A stretch of 64,000 nt of DNA from Spirochaetia bacterium (GTDB lineage Bacteria; Spirochaetota; Spirochaetia; SZUA-6; Bin103). The stretch spans positions 288,001 through 352,000 of the forward strand of contig CBDAOI010000002.1 of the NCBI GenBank assembly GCA_965198005.1, given 5' to 3'. The notes below the pieces were generated by a model that saw nothing but the letters and a program-made list of their open reading frames with translations, was not told the origin of the DNA and did no database searches. Positions within the stretch are counted from its first letter, which is position 1. Each line of letters begins with the position of its first letter. Shown one piece after another: positions 1 to 17,707 of this stretch. Both the position numbers and the translations under genes were made by a program.

Positions 1-2348
1 TAGTACCGGGTCGCGCCCAGGTTGGAGTGGGTCTGCGCGCTGTGGGGATTGATCTCGACCAGAGTCCGGTACAGTTCCAGCGCCTCCGCATACCTCTGTT
101 CGGCGAAGCGCAGCATGGCAAGGTGGTCGATCGCCGCGGTATCGCCCGGATCGAGCTCGACGGCGCGCGCGAAGTGGTCCGCCGCCTCCACCCGCCCCAA
201 CTGCTGCGCGGCCCGGCCCATGAGACGATGCAGCGCCCCCGCGATCGGCAGGTCGGGCTGCAGGGAGACCGCCTGCGCGAGCGCCGCCAGCGCCTGTTCG
301 TAGCGCTCCTGGCGGAACAGCGCATCGCCCATGCCGGCGTAGGCCAGCGCGTATCCGGCGTCCACCTCCAGGACCGCACGGTACGCCGCCAGCGCCTCGT
401 CGTAGCGCCCCTGCGTGCGGAGCGCCTCGGCCACGTTCTGCAGCGTGGCCGGATCGCGCGGTTGCAGCGCGCGGGCGCGGGCCAGCAACGCGTCGGCCTC
501 GGACGGCCGCTGCTGCGCGGCGCGCAGATTGGCCAGGTCCAGCAGCGGCGTGGCATCGGCCGGGTCGATCTCCATGGCGCGCCGGAAGTGTTCCTCCGCC
601 GCGTCCAGCCGGCCCAGCTCGCGTGCCGCCCGCCCCATGAGAGTCTCCATCCGGCCGGCCATCGGCAGGCCGGGCTGCAGGGCCAGCGCCTGCGCCAGCG
701 CGTCCAGCGCTTGGTCGTAGCGCTCCAGGTGGAACAGCGCATCGCCCATCCCGGCGTAGGCCAGCGCGTACCCCCGGTCGCGCTCCAGGACCGCGCGGTA
801 GGCTTCGACCGCGGCCGCGTGCCGCCCCTGTTTCCTGAGCAGCTCGCCCGTGTTCTGCAGGGCGCTCCGGTGGCGCGGGTCGAGCTCCAGGGCACGGCGC
901 AAGGACGCCCCGGCCGCGGTGAACCGCTCCAGATTCATCTGCGCGAGACCGAGGTTCGAGTGGGCGTCGGCGGAATCGGGCCGCTGCTCCACCGCGATCC
1001 GGCTGGCGGCGAGCCCCTCCTCGAACCGGTCCGCTTCGATCAGCGCGTTGCCGAGGTTGAGATGCGCGTCGCGCGCCGCCGGATTGTGCGCCACCACGTG
1101 GCTGAAAAAGGTCGCCTCGTCCCGGTAGATCCCCGCCTGCCGCCAGGTCAGCCCGCCCAGCACCAGCACCACCACCGCCGCCATCCCCCACGCCCCCATC
1201 CGCACCCCGCGCGGCAGCCGGCCCGCAGCGTACGCCGCGGCCCCGATCACCACCGCCAGCATCCCGATCCCCGCCAGATACTGAAACCGGTCCGCCACCA
1301 GCGAAAACTGCATGTACCCGTAGTCCACGAACCCCAGCACCGGCCCCAGCGTCACCGCATACCACAGCGCTCCCGCCAGCGGCCCCCGCCCCAGCCGCCG
1401 CCGCCCCAGCCACAGCCCCGCCGCCAGCACCGCCGCCGCCGCCGGGTACCCCCAGGCCAGCAGCTCGCCGGCGTCGATCTCCCACAACGGATAGATCACC
1501 GCCAGCTCCGCCGGCCATACCAGCTTGCCGGCGTAGAACCACAGCGCCCGCCCCGCGATCAGCGCCCGCTCCACCACCGTGTACCCCAGCTCCAGCGGCT
1601 CCCTCCCCGCGTAGTACGCCAGGTCCGCCGCCGTTATCGCCGCCCCGATCACCGCCAGCGGCGCCACCCGCAGCAGATCGGTCCGCGTCACCCGCCCCGC
1701 CCGCCACCACTGCCAGATCAGCAGCGCCGCCGGCAGCGTCACCACCACCGACTTGCTCAACAGCCCCGCCGTGAACAGCACCACCACCAGCGCGTAGCCG
1801 CCCGCCCGCGGCGCCTCCGTGAACCGCACCCAGGCCAGCACCGCCCCCACGTACAACAGCCCCGACAGCACGTCCTTGCGCTCGATGATCCACGCCACCG
1901 ACTCCACGTGCAGCGGATGCACCGCGAACACCGCCGCGATCACCACCGCCCCCGGCACCGCCGCCCGCACCAGCAGCCGCCACAGCAGCAGGCTGTTCAG
2001 CAGGTGCAAAACGATGTTCACCGCGTGGTACCCGACCGGCGCCAGCCCCCACAGCTTGTGCTCCAGCCAGAAACCGGTGTAGACCAGCGGCCAGTAGTGC
2101 CCTTCGTTCTTGATGTCGGCCGGTGCCAACCAGATGCTGCGCAGGCCGGACGGTGAGTGAATCACCGGCTCCTCGGCGAAGATCACGTCGTCCCACACGA
2201 ACCCGCCGGCCAGCGCCGGGAAGTAGCACACCGCCACCAGCAGCCCCAGCGCCAGCGCCGCCTGCCCGTCCCGCGGCCCGAACTCGCCCAGCCACGCCGC
2301 GCGGCGTGGGAGCGGCGGGGCCGCGGGCGACACGCGATCCACGGTCAC
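1..2348 (-). CDS. TMTC-like GT-C membrane glycosyltransferase (putative protein O-mannosyltransferase) with C-terminal TPR repeats; runs off the window edge
   Basis: Manual translation of the minus strand (absent from the ORF track because it has no stop in the window): GFVWDD, HYWPL, YHAVNIVLHLLN, AVFAVHPLHVESVAWIIERKDVLS, multiple TM helices, then TPR-like helices. The GTG start overlaps the rsmD stop (GTGA). Confidence 0.85.
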   Translation of the reverse strand, partial: MTVDRVSPAAPPLPRRAAWLGEFGPRDGQAALALGLLVAVCYFPALAGGFVWDDVIFAEEPVIHSPSGLRSIWLAPADIKNEGHYWPLVYTGFWLEHKLWGLAPVGYHAVNIVLHLLNSLLLWRLLVRAAVPGAVVIAAVFAVHPLHVESVAWIIERKDVLSGLLYVGAVLAWVRFTEAPRAGGYALVVVLFTAGLLSKSVVVTLPAALLIWQWWRAGRVTRTDLLRVAPLAVIGAAITAADLAYYAGREPLELGYTVVERALIAGRALWFYAGKLVWPAELAVIYPLWEIDAGELLAWGYPAAAAVLAAGLWLGRRRLGRGPLAGALWYAVTLGPVLGFVDYGYMQFSLVADRFQYLAGIGMLAVVIGAAAYAAGRLPRGVRMGAWGMAAVVVLVLGGLTWRQAGIYRDEATFFSHVVAHNPAARDAHLNLGNALIEADRFEEGLAASRIAVEQRPDSADAHSNLGLAQMNLERFTAAGASLRRALELDPRHRSALQNTGELLRKQGRHAAAVEAYRAVLERDRGYALAYAGMGDALFHLERYDQALDALAQALALQPGLPMAGRMETLMGRAARELGRLDAAEEHFRRAMEIDPADATPLLDLANLRAAQQRPSEADALLARARALQPRDPATLQNVAEALRTQGRYDEALAAYRAVLEVDAGYALAYAGMGDALFRQERYEQALAALAQAVSLQPDLPIAGALHRLMGRAAQQLGRVEAADHFARAVELDPGDTAAIDHLAMLRFAEQRYAEALELYRTLVEINPHSAQTHSNLGATRY

Positions 2349-2929
2349 CGCGTCACCGCGGCGGGTACGCGGCCGTCCGGAGCCGTGAGAAAGTACACCA
2401 GCGCACCGCCGTAGCGACGGCGGTCGACGCCAGCCAAGCCGGTGGAATCCAGTGCCAGTGGTGCGGGTGTTGGAACGTGGATCACGACCATTCCGCCGGG
2501 GCTCACGAGCCGGCCGCGTGCCAGGGTCGCGAGCAGCGGCTCGCGCCGGCGGTAGGCGTAGGGCGGATCGACGAACACCACGTCCCAACTGGTCCCGGCG
2601 TGCCCCTGCGCGCGTGCCAGAAACCGCTCGCACGATACGGTATGGATGCGTACCGGGACGGTCACGAAGCTGGTGTTGCGCCGCAGGCAGGCACGCATGC
2701 GCGGGTCACGTTCCACCAGGGTAAGTTGCGCCGCGCCGCGCGAGGCCGCCTCCACCGCGACGATCCCGGAGCCGCTGAACAGGTCGAGGAAGCGGCCGCC
2801 GCGCAGCCCGACGGCGCGCGCCGCCAGCACGCCGAACACCGACTCGCGCATGCGGTCGGTGGTCGGCCGCACCGGTCCCGGGGGCACCTCCAGCCGGCGC
2901 CCGCGGTAACTGCCGCCGGTAATGCGCAT
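2345..2929 (-). CDS. rsmD: 16S rRNA m2G966 methyltransferase RsmD
   Basis: MRITGG..RGRRL, RPTTDRMRESVF, LDLFSGSG and DPPY motifs. Confidence 0.92.
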   Translation of the reverse strand: MRITGGSYRGRRLEVPPGPVRPTTDRMRESVFGVLAARAVGLRGGRFLDLFSGSGIVAVEAASRGAAQLTLVERDPRMRACLRRNTSFVTVPVRIHTVSCERFLARAQGHAGTSWDVVFVDPPYAYRRREPLLATLARGRLVSPGGMVVIHVPTPAPLALDSTGLAGVDRRRYGGALVYFLTAPDGRVPAAVTR

Positions 2930-2933
2930 CCCG

Positions 2934-4997
2934 CTACGCCCCAGGACCGCCGCCGGTCGGAGCGGCCCCGAACGGCCACGCAGCCGGTGGCCCATCCCGT
3001 CCGTTCACCCGCCCGCCGGCGAGCGCGGCGGCGTCGCGCCGAGCTTGGCGCGCCAGCCCGAGGTCCCGCCGCAGATCCGCGACCCGCAGCTCCGGCAGGC
3101 CCGCTTGGCGCAGCCCGAGCAGCTCGCCGGGACCGCGCTGCGCCAGATCGCGCTCGGCGATTTCGAACCCGTCGCCGCTCTCCTTCATCGCCCGCAGGCG
3201 CGCGACGCCGGCCCGGCCGAGATCCGGCGCGTATGCCAGGAACGCGTACGCCTGGCGCGGGCCGCGGCCCACGCGCCCGCGGAGCTGGTGCAGGGTCGCC
3301 AACCCGAACCGTTCGGCGCCGAGCACGACCATGCAGGTTGCGGCGGCCACGTCCACGCCCACCTCGACCACCGTGGTGGCCACCAGGATCCGCAGCCGGC
3401 CGGCGTGAAATGCCTTCATCGTCGCGTGCTTGTCCTCGTCGTCCATGCCGCCATGGATCAGCCCCACCTTGAACTGTGGATATACGGCACTGCTCAGGGT
3501 GGCATGCAGTGTTGCGGCGGCCGGCGCGGGCATGGCGGCCCCGTTCGGCTCGGGCGCATCCGCCGCCGGCGCCGCAATTCGAGGCACAACGAAGTACGCT
3601 TGGCCACCCGCGGCCAGCTCCTCACCTACCCGCGCGTACACCTTCTCCATGCGGTCGAGGCGGGCGAGATGGGTACGCACCGGCACCCGCCCCGGCGGCA
3701 ACTCACGGATCGCCGAGACCTCCAGGTCGCCGTACACCGTCAGCGCCAACGAACGGGGAATCGGCGTCGCCGTCATCAGCAGCAGATCCGCCGCCGGGTT
3801 CCGCTGCAACAGGTGCCGGCGCTGGGCCACCCCGAAGCGGTGCTGCTCGTCGACGACCACCAGGCCCAGGCGGCGAAACTGCACGTCGGCCTGGAGCAGC
3901 GCGTGCGTACCGAGCAGCAGGTCGATCTCGCCCCCGCGCAACGCGTCCAGCAGTTCGCGCCGGGCGGCCGGCCGAGCGCCGCCGGTCAGCAGCTCCACGC
4001 GGATCCCGCATGGCGCCAGCACGCGCCGGGCAGTCTGCACGTGCTGCCGCGCGAGCAGCTCGGTGGGGACCACCAGCGCCGCCTGTTCCCCTGCCTCGAC
4101 CACCGCCGCCGCACTGAGCAGCGCCACCAGGGTCTTGCCGCTGCCGACGTCGCCCTGCAGCAGACGCACGTCCGGAGTGGCGGCGCGCAACCCCTGCTCG
4201 ATCGCGCGCACCGCCGCACGCTGGCCGTCGGTCAGGACGAACGGCAGGCTGCGGACCACACGCGCGCCCAGCGCTCCGCTGAAGCGCCGCGCCGGCCGGC
4301 ATCCCGGCTGCCGCCGCCGCAGCTCGACCTGCAGGCGCAACAGCTCGGCGTACGCGAGCGACCGCCGCGCCGTTTGCAACCGCTCGAAGTCCGGCGGGAA
4401 GTGGATCGCGGCGACCGCCGCGGCTACCGGCAGCAGGCCACGGCGCACGCAGCAGCCATCCCACGGCGTGTCCCTTCCGGCCAAGCGCGCGCACGCGGCC
4501 AGCATCGTCCGGCGCAGCAGGGCGGGCCGCAACCCCTCCGTGAGGGGATAGACCGGCACCACCCGTCCGAAGCTCGCGCTGTCGGCGGCATGGTGCACCT
4601 CGAAGGTGGAGGCTTCCAACATCGCCCCGCGGCGTTCGAAGGTCGCCGCCACGGTCACCGAGGTGCCGACCGGGAGCGACCGCGCCAGGTAACTGCGCCC
4701 GAAACAGAGCAGAGCGGTCCGGGCCGTCCGGTCGGCCAGCTCCACCCGCAGGAACCGCCCGCGCGGGCCGAACCGGCGGTGGGCGGTGACCGCCGCGCTC
4801 ACCACCACCGGCCGGCCCGGCTCGACCGCCGGCAGCGGGGTCACCCGGCGGCGATCCTCATGGCTCCGCGGATAATGTTCGAGCAGCTCGCCCACGGTCC
4901 GCAGCCCGAGCCGCGCCAGGCGCCGGGCCGCCGCCGGTCCCACGCCCGGCAACTCCGTGACACAGGCGTCGACGCCCGCCAGCAGGACTGCCGTCAA
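2934..4997 (-). CDS. recG: ATP-dependent DNA helicase RecG
   Basis: LLQGDVGSGKT, DEQHRFGV, MTATPIPRSL, LHQLRGRVGRG, DGFEIAERDL..RGPGE. Confidence 0.96.
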   Translation of the reverse strand: MTAVLLAGVDACVTELPGVGPAAARRLARLGLRTVGELLEHYPRSHEDRRRVTPLPAVEPGRPVVVSAAVTAHRRFGPRGRFLRVELADRTARTALLCFGRSYLARSLPVGTSVTVAATFERRGAMLEASTFEVHHAADSASFGRVVPVYPLTEGLRPALLRRTMLAACARLAGRDTPWDGCCVRRGLLPVAAAVAAIHFPPDFERLQTARRSLAYAELLRLQVELRRRQPGCRPARRFSGALGARVVRSLPFVLTDGQRAAVRAIEQGLRAATPDVRLLQGDVGSGKTLVALLSAAAVVEAGEQAALVVPTELLARQHVQTARRVLAPCGIRVELLTGGARPAARRELLDALRGGEIDLLLGTHALLQADVQFRRLGLVVVDEQHRFGVAQRRHLLQRNPAADLLLMTATPIPRSLALTVYGDLEVSAIRELPPGRVPVRTHLARLDRMEKVYARVGEELAAGGQAYFVVPRIAAPAADAPEPNGAAMPAPAAATLHATLSSAVYPQFKVGLIHGGMDDEDKHATMKAFHAGRLRILVATTVVEVGVDVAAATCMVVLGAERFGLATLHQLRGRVGRGPRQAYAFLAYAPDLGRAGVARLRAMKESGDGFEIAERDLAQRGPGELLGLRQAGLPELRVADLRRDLGLARQARRDAAALAGGRVNGRDGPPAAWPFGAAPTGGGPGA

Positions 4998-5039
4998 CTG
5001 CGCCGCACGCCGGTGCCCCGGTGTACCCCTCGAGCCCGG

Positions 5040-5669
5040 TCAGCCGGCGCCCGGTCCCTGGCTCATGGATCCCTGGCCCATGGACAGGAAGTAACCCACC
5101 AGAAACCCGGCGAGCACGCGGCCGGCAATCCACAACCCGAACAGCACCACGATAGCCACCAGCAGATAGTTGAGCTCGCTGCCGTGCTCCCGCAGGTTGA
5201 TGAACCGCGCCACGCCACGCACCGGAGCGGCCGACAGCGCTTCGGTGATCCGGCTCACCGGGCTGTCGACCCGACCGAGAAACCGCAACGACACGAAGCG
5301 CGCCACGCACGCCACCAGCAGCACCAGCAGCACGATCGAGACCATGCGCCACGCCGCGTACACCGTCACGCCCAGGAAGTACTCCGGCGTCACCTGCTGC
5401 TGAGTGGCCAGTCGGCGGGTCATCTCCGCGGCGATTACCAGCACGAAGATTCCCGCCATGGGGGTGAAGTCCAGGCCGCTGCTGCGCAGAAAGCCGAAGC
5501 GCGCGAACAGCTGCAGGTAAGGATCGGTCGCCTGGTGCAGATACCGGGTAAGCGTGTTCACCCAGGGACCGAGATTGGCGCCCCGCAACCACGACGACAT
5601 GATACGCAACACGATCAACACCATGTAGATGATCAGAGCCGCGTTTATGACACGAAAGAAGTCCTGCAT
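5040..5669 (-). CDS. yggT: YggT family membrane protein (two YggT-like repeats)
   Basis: RIMSSW...LHQATDPYL...LDFTP motif, repeated in the second half. Confidence 0.8.
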   Translation of the reverse strand: MQDFFRVINAALIIYMVLIVLRIMSSWLRGANLGPWVNTLTRYLHQATDPYLQLFARFGFLRSSGLDFTPMAGIFVLVIAAEMTRRLATQQQVTPEYFLGVTVYAAWRMVSIVLLVLLVACVARFVSLRFLGRVDSPVSRITEALSAAPVRGVARFINLREHGSELNYLLVAIVVLFGLWIAGRVLAGFLVGYFLSMGQGSMSQGPGAG

Positions 5670-5711
5670 GTTGTGAGCGCTCTCCTGCCTATCCGTTGTT
5701 TGCCGGCGCGA

Positions 5712-7039
5712 CTACCTGTCCGCACCGGACGCGCCGTCGAGTATGCGATAGAAACGTGATTCGGGAAAGATGCCGGGCGCGGCAGTGATTGCCGCCAGCG
5801 CGGCGCGCGCCCGCCCTTCGTCGACCGGATCCACCAGCACGTAGAGATCTGACGACTGCCGCGGGTCTTCCCACTTCTGATGCACCGATTCGATATTGAT
5901 CTCGTGTTTGGCCAGCAGCCCCGTCACCTGCGCCCAGATCCCGGGGCGATTCTCCGTAACGAAGTGAAAATAGTAGCGGAAGATGAGCCGCTCGGCCGGG
6001 AACAGTGGTTGCGGCGCGGCCGGCAGGCCGTGGGTTCCGGCGTGGCCCCCGCCGATCAGGTCGCCAAGATCAGCGGCCACCGAGGAGGCGGTGGCCTCGC
6101 CGCCTGCCCCGCGCCCGACCAGCACCGACGGTCCCTGGAAGTCGGCATCGATCATCACCGCGTTGAATTCGTCGCCGACGCCGGCCAGCGGGTGGCCCCG
6201 GCGGATCAACGCCGGGAACACCGCCACCGATACCTGGCCGTCGATCATCCGGCCGCTGGCGACCAGCTTGAACACGAAACCCGCCAGCCGCGCAAACTCC
6301 ACGTCCTTGGGTGAAACGCTCTCGATCCCCTCGCACAGGGCGTCCTGATGGCGGCACCAGCGGCCGAACGCGAGACTGCTGAGAATCGCCATCTTCTGTA
6401 CCGCATCGGTCCCGTCCACGTCCAGGGTGGGATCGGCCTCGGCGAACCCGCGGCGCTGGGCCTCGGCCAGCGCCGCGGCGAACGAGGTGCCGGTCTCGGT
6501 CATGCGGGTCAGGATGAAGTTGGTGGTGCCATTGACGATCCCGGTGAGCGAACGGATGCGGTTGGCACTCAGGCTCTCGCGAATCACCTTGATCACCGGG
6601 ATGCCGCCGCACACCGATGCCTCGAACCGGAGTTGCACCCGGTGACGGTGGGCGAGCGCCAGCAACTCGTCGCCGCAGGTCGCGATCAACGCCTTGTTGC
6701 CGGTTATCACGTGCTTGCCCGCCCGGATGGCGGCGGTGACAAGCTCGCGCGGCTGCTCTACGCCGCCCATCAACTCCACGACCACGTCCACCGCGGGATC
6801 CGCCACCACCTCACGGAAGCCGCCAACCACCAGTTCGGCAGCCACCGGCCGCGGTCTGGCGGGGTCCGCGACTCCGACACGGGCCAGCTCGACCCGCGCA
6901 CCGAACCGCCGGCCGAATGCCTCGCCATTCGCTGCCAGCAGGCGCGCAAATGCACTGCCCACGGTGCCCAGACCCACCAGACCGATCCCCACCCGCCGGC
7001 CGCCCCCGGCCTCGAATCCGCCACCGGTCATCGTGCTGC

Positions 7040-7043
<4 letters not shown>
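5712..7043 (-). CDS. hom: Homoserine dehydrogenase with C-terminal ACT domain
   Basis: GLGTVG, FEASVCGGIP, GIVNGTTNFIL, GFAEADPTLDVDG, GRGAG. Confidence 0.95.
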
Positions 7044-14950
<7,907 letters not shown>

Positions 14951-14957
14951 CGCCGCG

Positions 14958-16376
14958 ATGACAACGATTGTCACGCCGATCCTGGCGATCGACATCGGGA
15001 CTTCGGTGGTCAAGTGCGGGCTGGTGCGGCCGGACGGCACGGCCGCGGTGGCGGCGCGGCCGATCGCGCCTGCGGTCAGCGCCGGTGGGCGGCACGAGGT
15101 GGAGCCGGCGGCGTGGCTGCGGGCGGTCGCCGCCTGCGTGCGCGAGCTGGGCTCGCCGCGGGCGCTGGCCGCAGTGGTGGTCACGGGCAACGGTCCCACG
15201 GTGGTGCCCACCGCGGCGGACGGCGCAGCCGTGGGCAACGCCATCACCTGGCTCGACCAGCGCAGCGCCGCCGAAAGCCGGCTGATCGCCGAGCATACCG
15301 GCAGTGCCCGGGAGGCCGGGTTCTTTCTGGCGAAGATCTACTGGCTCCACCGGCATGCGCCGGCGCTCTGCCGGCGCACCCACGGGTTTCTCTGCGCTCC
15401 CGAGTTCGTCGAGCTGCGCCTTACCGGACACTGGCATACCAACCTGCCGGCGCCCGCGTTCCAGCGGTACTACTGGGAACCGGACACGGTCGAGCGGCTG
15501 GGGATGGACGCCGCCAGGTTTCCCGCGTTCGTCGCCACCGGGACCCCGGTCGGCGCCACCACGCCGCGGGCGGCGGCCGAGCTGGAGGTTCCGGCCGGGA
15601 TTCCGGTATTCGCCGGCGCGCCCGATTTCGTCATGGCGATGCTGGGCAGCGGGGCGGTGGCGGAGGGAGACACCTGCAACCGTTCGGGAACCTCCGACGG
15701 GATCAATCACTGTTCCCGCACCCCGGTCGACGATCAGCGCCTGATCTGCCTGCCGCACGTCGTCGATCGCCTGTTTACCGTGTCCGGCGTGATCTCCACC
15801 ACCGGCAAGGCGCTGGAGTGGTTCGCCCGGCTGGTGAACGGCGACCGGACGCTGTTCGAACGCGCGGCGCAGGTGGCGCCCGGCGCCGGCGGGGTACTGT
15901 TCCTGCCTTACCTGGCAGGTGAGCGCACGCCGCTCTGGCGCGGTGACCTGCGCGCGGTGTTCAACGGGCTGGGGCTGGAACATGGGGCGGTCGAGCTGGC
16001 CCGGGCGGTGCTGGAGTCGGTGGGCTACGCGTTGCGCGACAGCGTGGCGCTGATCGAGGCCAACGGCGGCCGGGTGGACGCGATCCGGCTGGCCGGTGCG
16101 CGCGCCCGGGCGCCGTGGCTGAACCGGATCAAGGCCGACGTCCTCGGCCGGCGGCTGCTGGTGCCGGCGGTGCCGGACGCGGAACTGACCGGTTGCGCGT
16201 GCGTCGGCCTGCACGCGCTGGGGGTGGAGCCCGGTCTGGCCGCCGCGGCCCGACGGCTGGTCCGGGTGGTGGACGTGGTCGAGCCGCAACCCGCGCACCG
16301 CGCCCGGTACGACGAGGGGTACGCCCGGTTCAAGCGCGCCCAGGCGAACCTGGTCGCCACCGACTCGGCGCCATGA
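14958..16376 (+). CDS. FGGY-family carbohydrate kinase (xylulokinase-like)
   Basis: LAIDIGTS, AITWLDQRS, GTS, FLPYLAGERTP, RAVLESV. Confidence 0.9.
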   Translation: MTTIVTPILAIDIGTSVVKCGLVRPDGTAAVAARPIAPAVSAGGRHEVEPAAWLRAVAACVRELGSPRALAAVVVTGNGPTVVPTAADGAAVGNAITWLDQRSAAESRLIAEHTGSAREAGFFLAKIYWLHRHAPALCRRTHGFLCAPEFVELRLTGHWHTNLPAPAFQRYYWEPDTVERLGMDAARFPAFVATGTPVGATTPRAAAELEVPAGIPVFAGAPDFVMAMLGSGAVAEGDTCNRSGTSDGINHCSRTPVDDQRLICLPHVVDRLFTVSGVISTTGKALEWFARLVNGDRTLFERAAQVAPGAGGVLFLPYLAGERTPLWRGDLRAVFNGLGLEHGAVELARAVLESVGYALRDSVALIEANGGRVDAIRLAGARARAPWLNRIKADVLGRRLLVPAVPDAELTGCACVGLHALGVEPGLAAAARRLVRVVDVVEPQPAHRARYDEGYARFKRAQANLVATDSAP

Positions 16377-16416
16377 GTCGGGCGGACAACGACCGAATTC
16401 CTAGCGTTCGGAGGCG

Positions 16417-17004
16417 CTATGAGCGCGCGAACATCTCGCCCAGCTCCTGCCGCACCTGCTGCAGGACGTTGCCGTAGCGGTCCTCCAGCAACGCCATCTG
16501 CCGCCGCAGGAGCTGGACATACTCCGGGTCGGAAGTGGGATCCAGGCGCACGCGGGTCCCGGTACGCCGCGCCAGCTCCTCTTCCTTCTGCTGCAGGCGC
16601 GGGGCGTACTGGCGGTCGACGTTCTCCTTGAGCTGCGACCGCTCCTGCAGATACTCGGTGAAGAACTGCTCGAGTTGCTGGGCCATGATCCGGAGGCGGC
16701 GCTGGTCGCGGATCACCTGCGCCAGGCCGTCCGTCGCGCGCCGGTTGCGCTTGAGCGAAAACTCGTCGGACGGCAGCGCCAGGTTCGACGCGAGTGCCTC
16801 GAACACGCCGGTACGCACCCAGGCGCGCCGCTTGCCCTCGTATTGCTTGAGCTTCTGCGCGAGCGACAGGTCCGGATCGGCGAGAAACCGGGACGCCAGT
16901 TTCTTCCCGGTCGTGGTGTAGCTGCTGGCCTCCAGGTGCTCCCGATCAGCCGGCACGTCCTTGGTGCGCTCGAGTGCAATCTCGAGCGACGACTTGATAC
17001 TCAT
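16417..17004 (-). CDS. Conserved helical protein (resembles the DUF6657 family)
   Basis: N-terminal IKSSLEIALERT motif; helical, charged. Confidence 0.6.
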   Translation of the reverse strand: MSIKSSLEIALERTKDVPADREHLEASSYTTTGKKLASRFLADPDLSLAQKLKQYEGKRRAWVRTGVFEALASNLALPSDEFSLKRNRRATDGLAQVIRDQRRLRIMAQQLEQFFTEYLQERSQLKENVDRQYAPRLQQKEEELARRTGTRVRLDPTSDPEYVQLLRRQMALLEDRYGNVLQQVRQELGEMFARS

Positions 17005-17015
17005 CTTCCTGCTGC

Positions 17016-17576
17016 CTACTCCGCCTCGATCGCTACTACGCGGTCGACCGCAACGTCATGTGTCGAACACGGCACGGCGCCGACCAGTTGCTCCGGCATG
17101 CACACCCCTACCAACAGCGCCGCCGGACTGTACCTGCGAACCTCGTGGAGAGCCCGGTCGTAGTGACCGCCGCCCCAGCCGAGACGCCGGCCGGCGCGAT
17201 CGAAGGCCGCTCCCGGCACCAGCACCAGGGTCGCCGCCGGCAGCCGCTCCAGCGCTACCGGCGCCGCCGTAGCCGGCGGCTCCGGGATTCCGCGGAAACC
17301 GGAAACCAACTCCACCACCGCCTCGGCCCGATCCACGCGGTGAAACACCAGCCGCCTGCCCGCGACCCGGGGCAGCGCCAGCGCCATCCCCGCGGCGGCG
17401 GCCGCGGCCAGCGCCGGGGCCGTGGCCGGCTCCCGGCCGGTTGCCGCAAACCCCAGCAGCCAGCGCGTCCCGCGCCACTGGGGGAGCGCCGCCAGCTTCG
17501 CGGCCAACGCCACGCCGGCGGCCGCGAAGCGCGCGCGCGGCAACGCGCGCAGGCGCGCGCGCATCCGTGCGCGCAA
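17016..17576 (-). CDS. ygfA: 5-formyltetrahydrofolate cyclo-ligase
   Basis: KRALRARMR, LALPRV, FRGIPEP, LVPGAAFDRAGRRLGWGGGHYDR, HDVAVD; start uncertain (TTG 17576 or ATG 17564). Confidence 0.9.
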   Translation of the reverse strand: MRARMRARLRALPRARFAAAGVALAAKLAALPQWRGTRWLLGFAATGREPATAPALAAAAAAGMALALPRVAGRRLVFHRVDRAEAVVELVSGFRGIPEPPATAAPVALERLPAATLVLVPGAAFDRAGRRLGWGGGHYDRALHEVRRYSPAALLVGVCMPEQLVGAVPCSTHDVAVDRVVAIEAE

Positions 17577-17596
17577 CGCCCGCTTGGAATCATCAG

Positions 17597-17669
17597 TCGG
17601 GCTGGGCGGACTTGAACCGCCGACCCCACGCCCCCCAGACGTGTACGCTACCAACTGCGCCACAGCCCG
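17597..17669 (-). tRNA. tRNA-Pro(GGG), CCA not encoded
   Basis: CGGGCTGTGGCGCAGTTGGTAGCGTACACGTCTGGGGGGCGTGGGGTCGGCGGTTCAAGTCCGCCCAGCCCGA folds into a cloverleaf with anticodon GGG. Confidence 0.95.
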
Positions 17670-17678
17670 CTGGCGGCA

Positions 17679-17707
17679 ACTGTACTCCGGCCGCCGTGCA
17701 AGGTCAA
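17679..17707 (-). promoter_or_regulatory. sigma70-type promoter of tRNA-Pro/ygfA
   Basis: TTGACC-17bp-TACAGT, about 9 bp before the tRNA 5' end. Confidence 0.65.

Noticed and set aside
27-2156. 709-aa + strand ORF
   Set aside because: Antisense shadow of the TMTC/TPR gene; Arg/His-rich with no motifs, typical of high-GC DNA.
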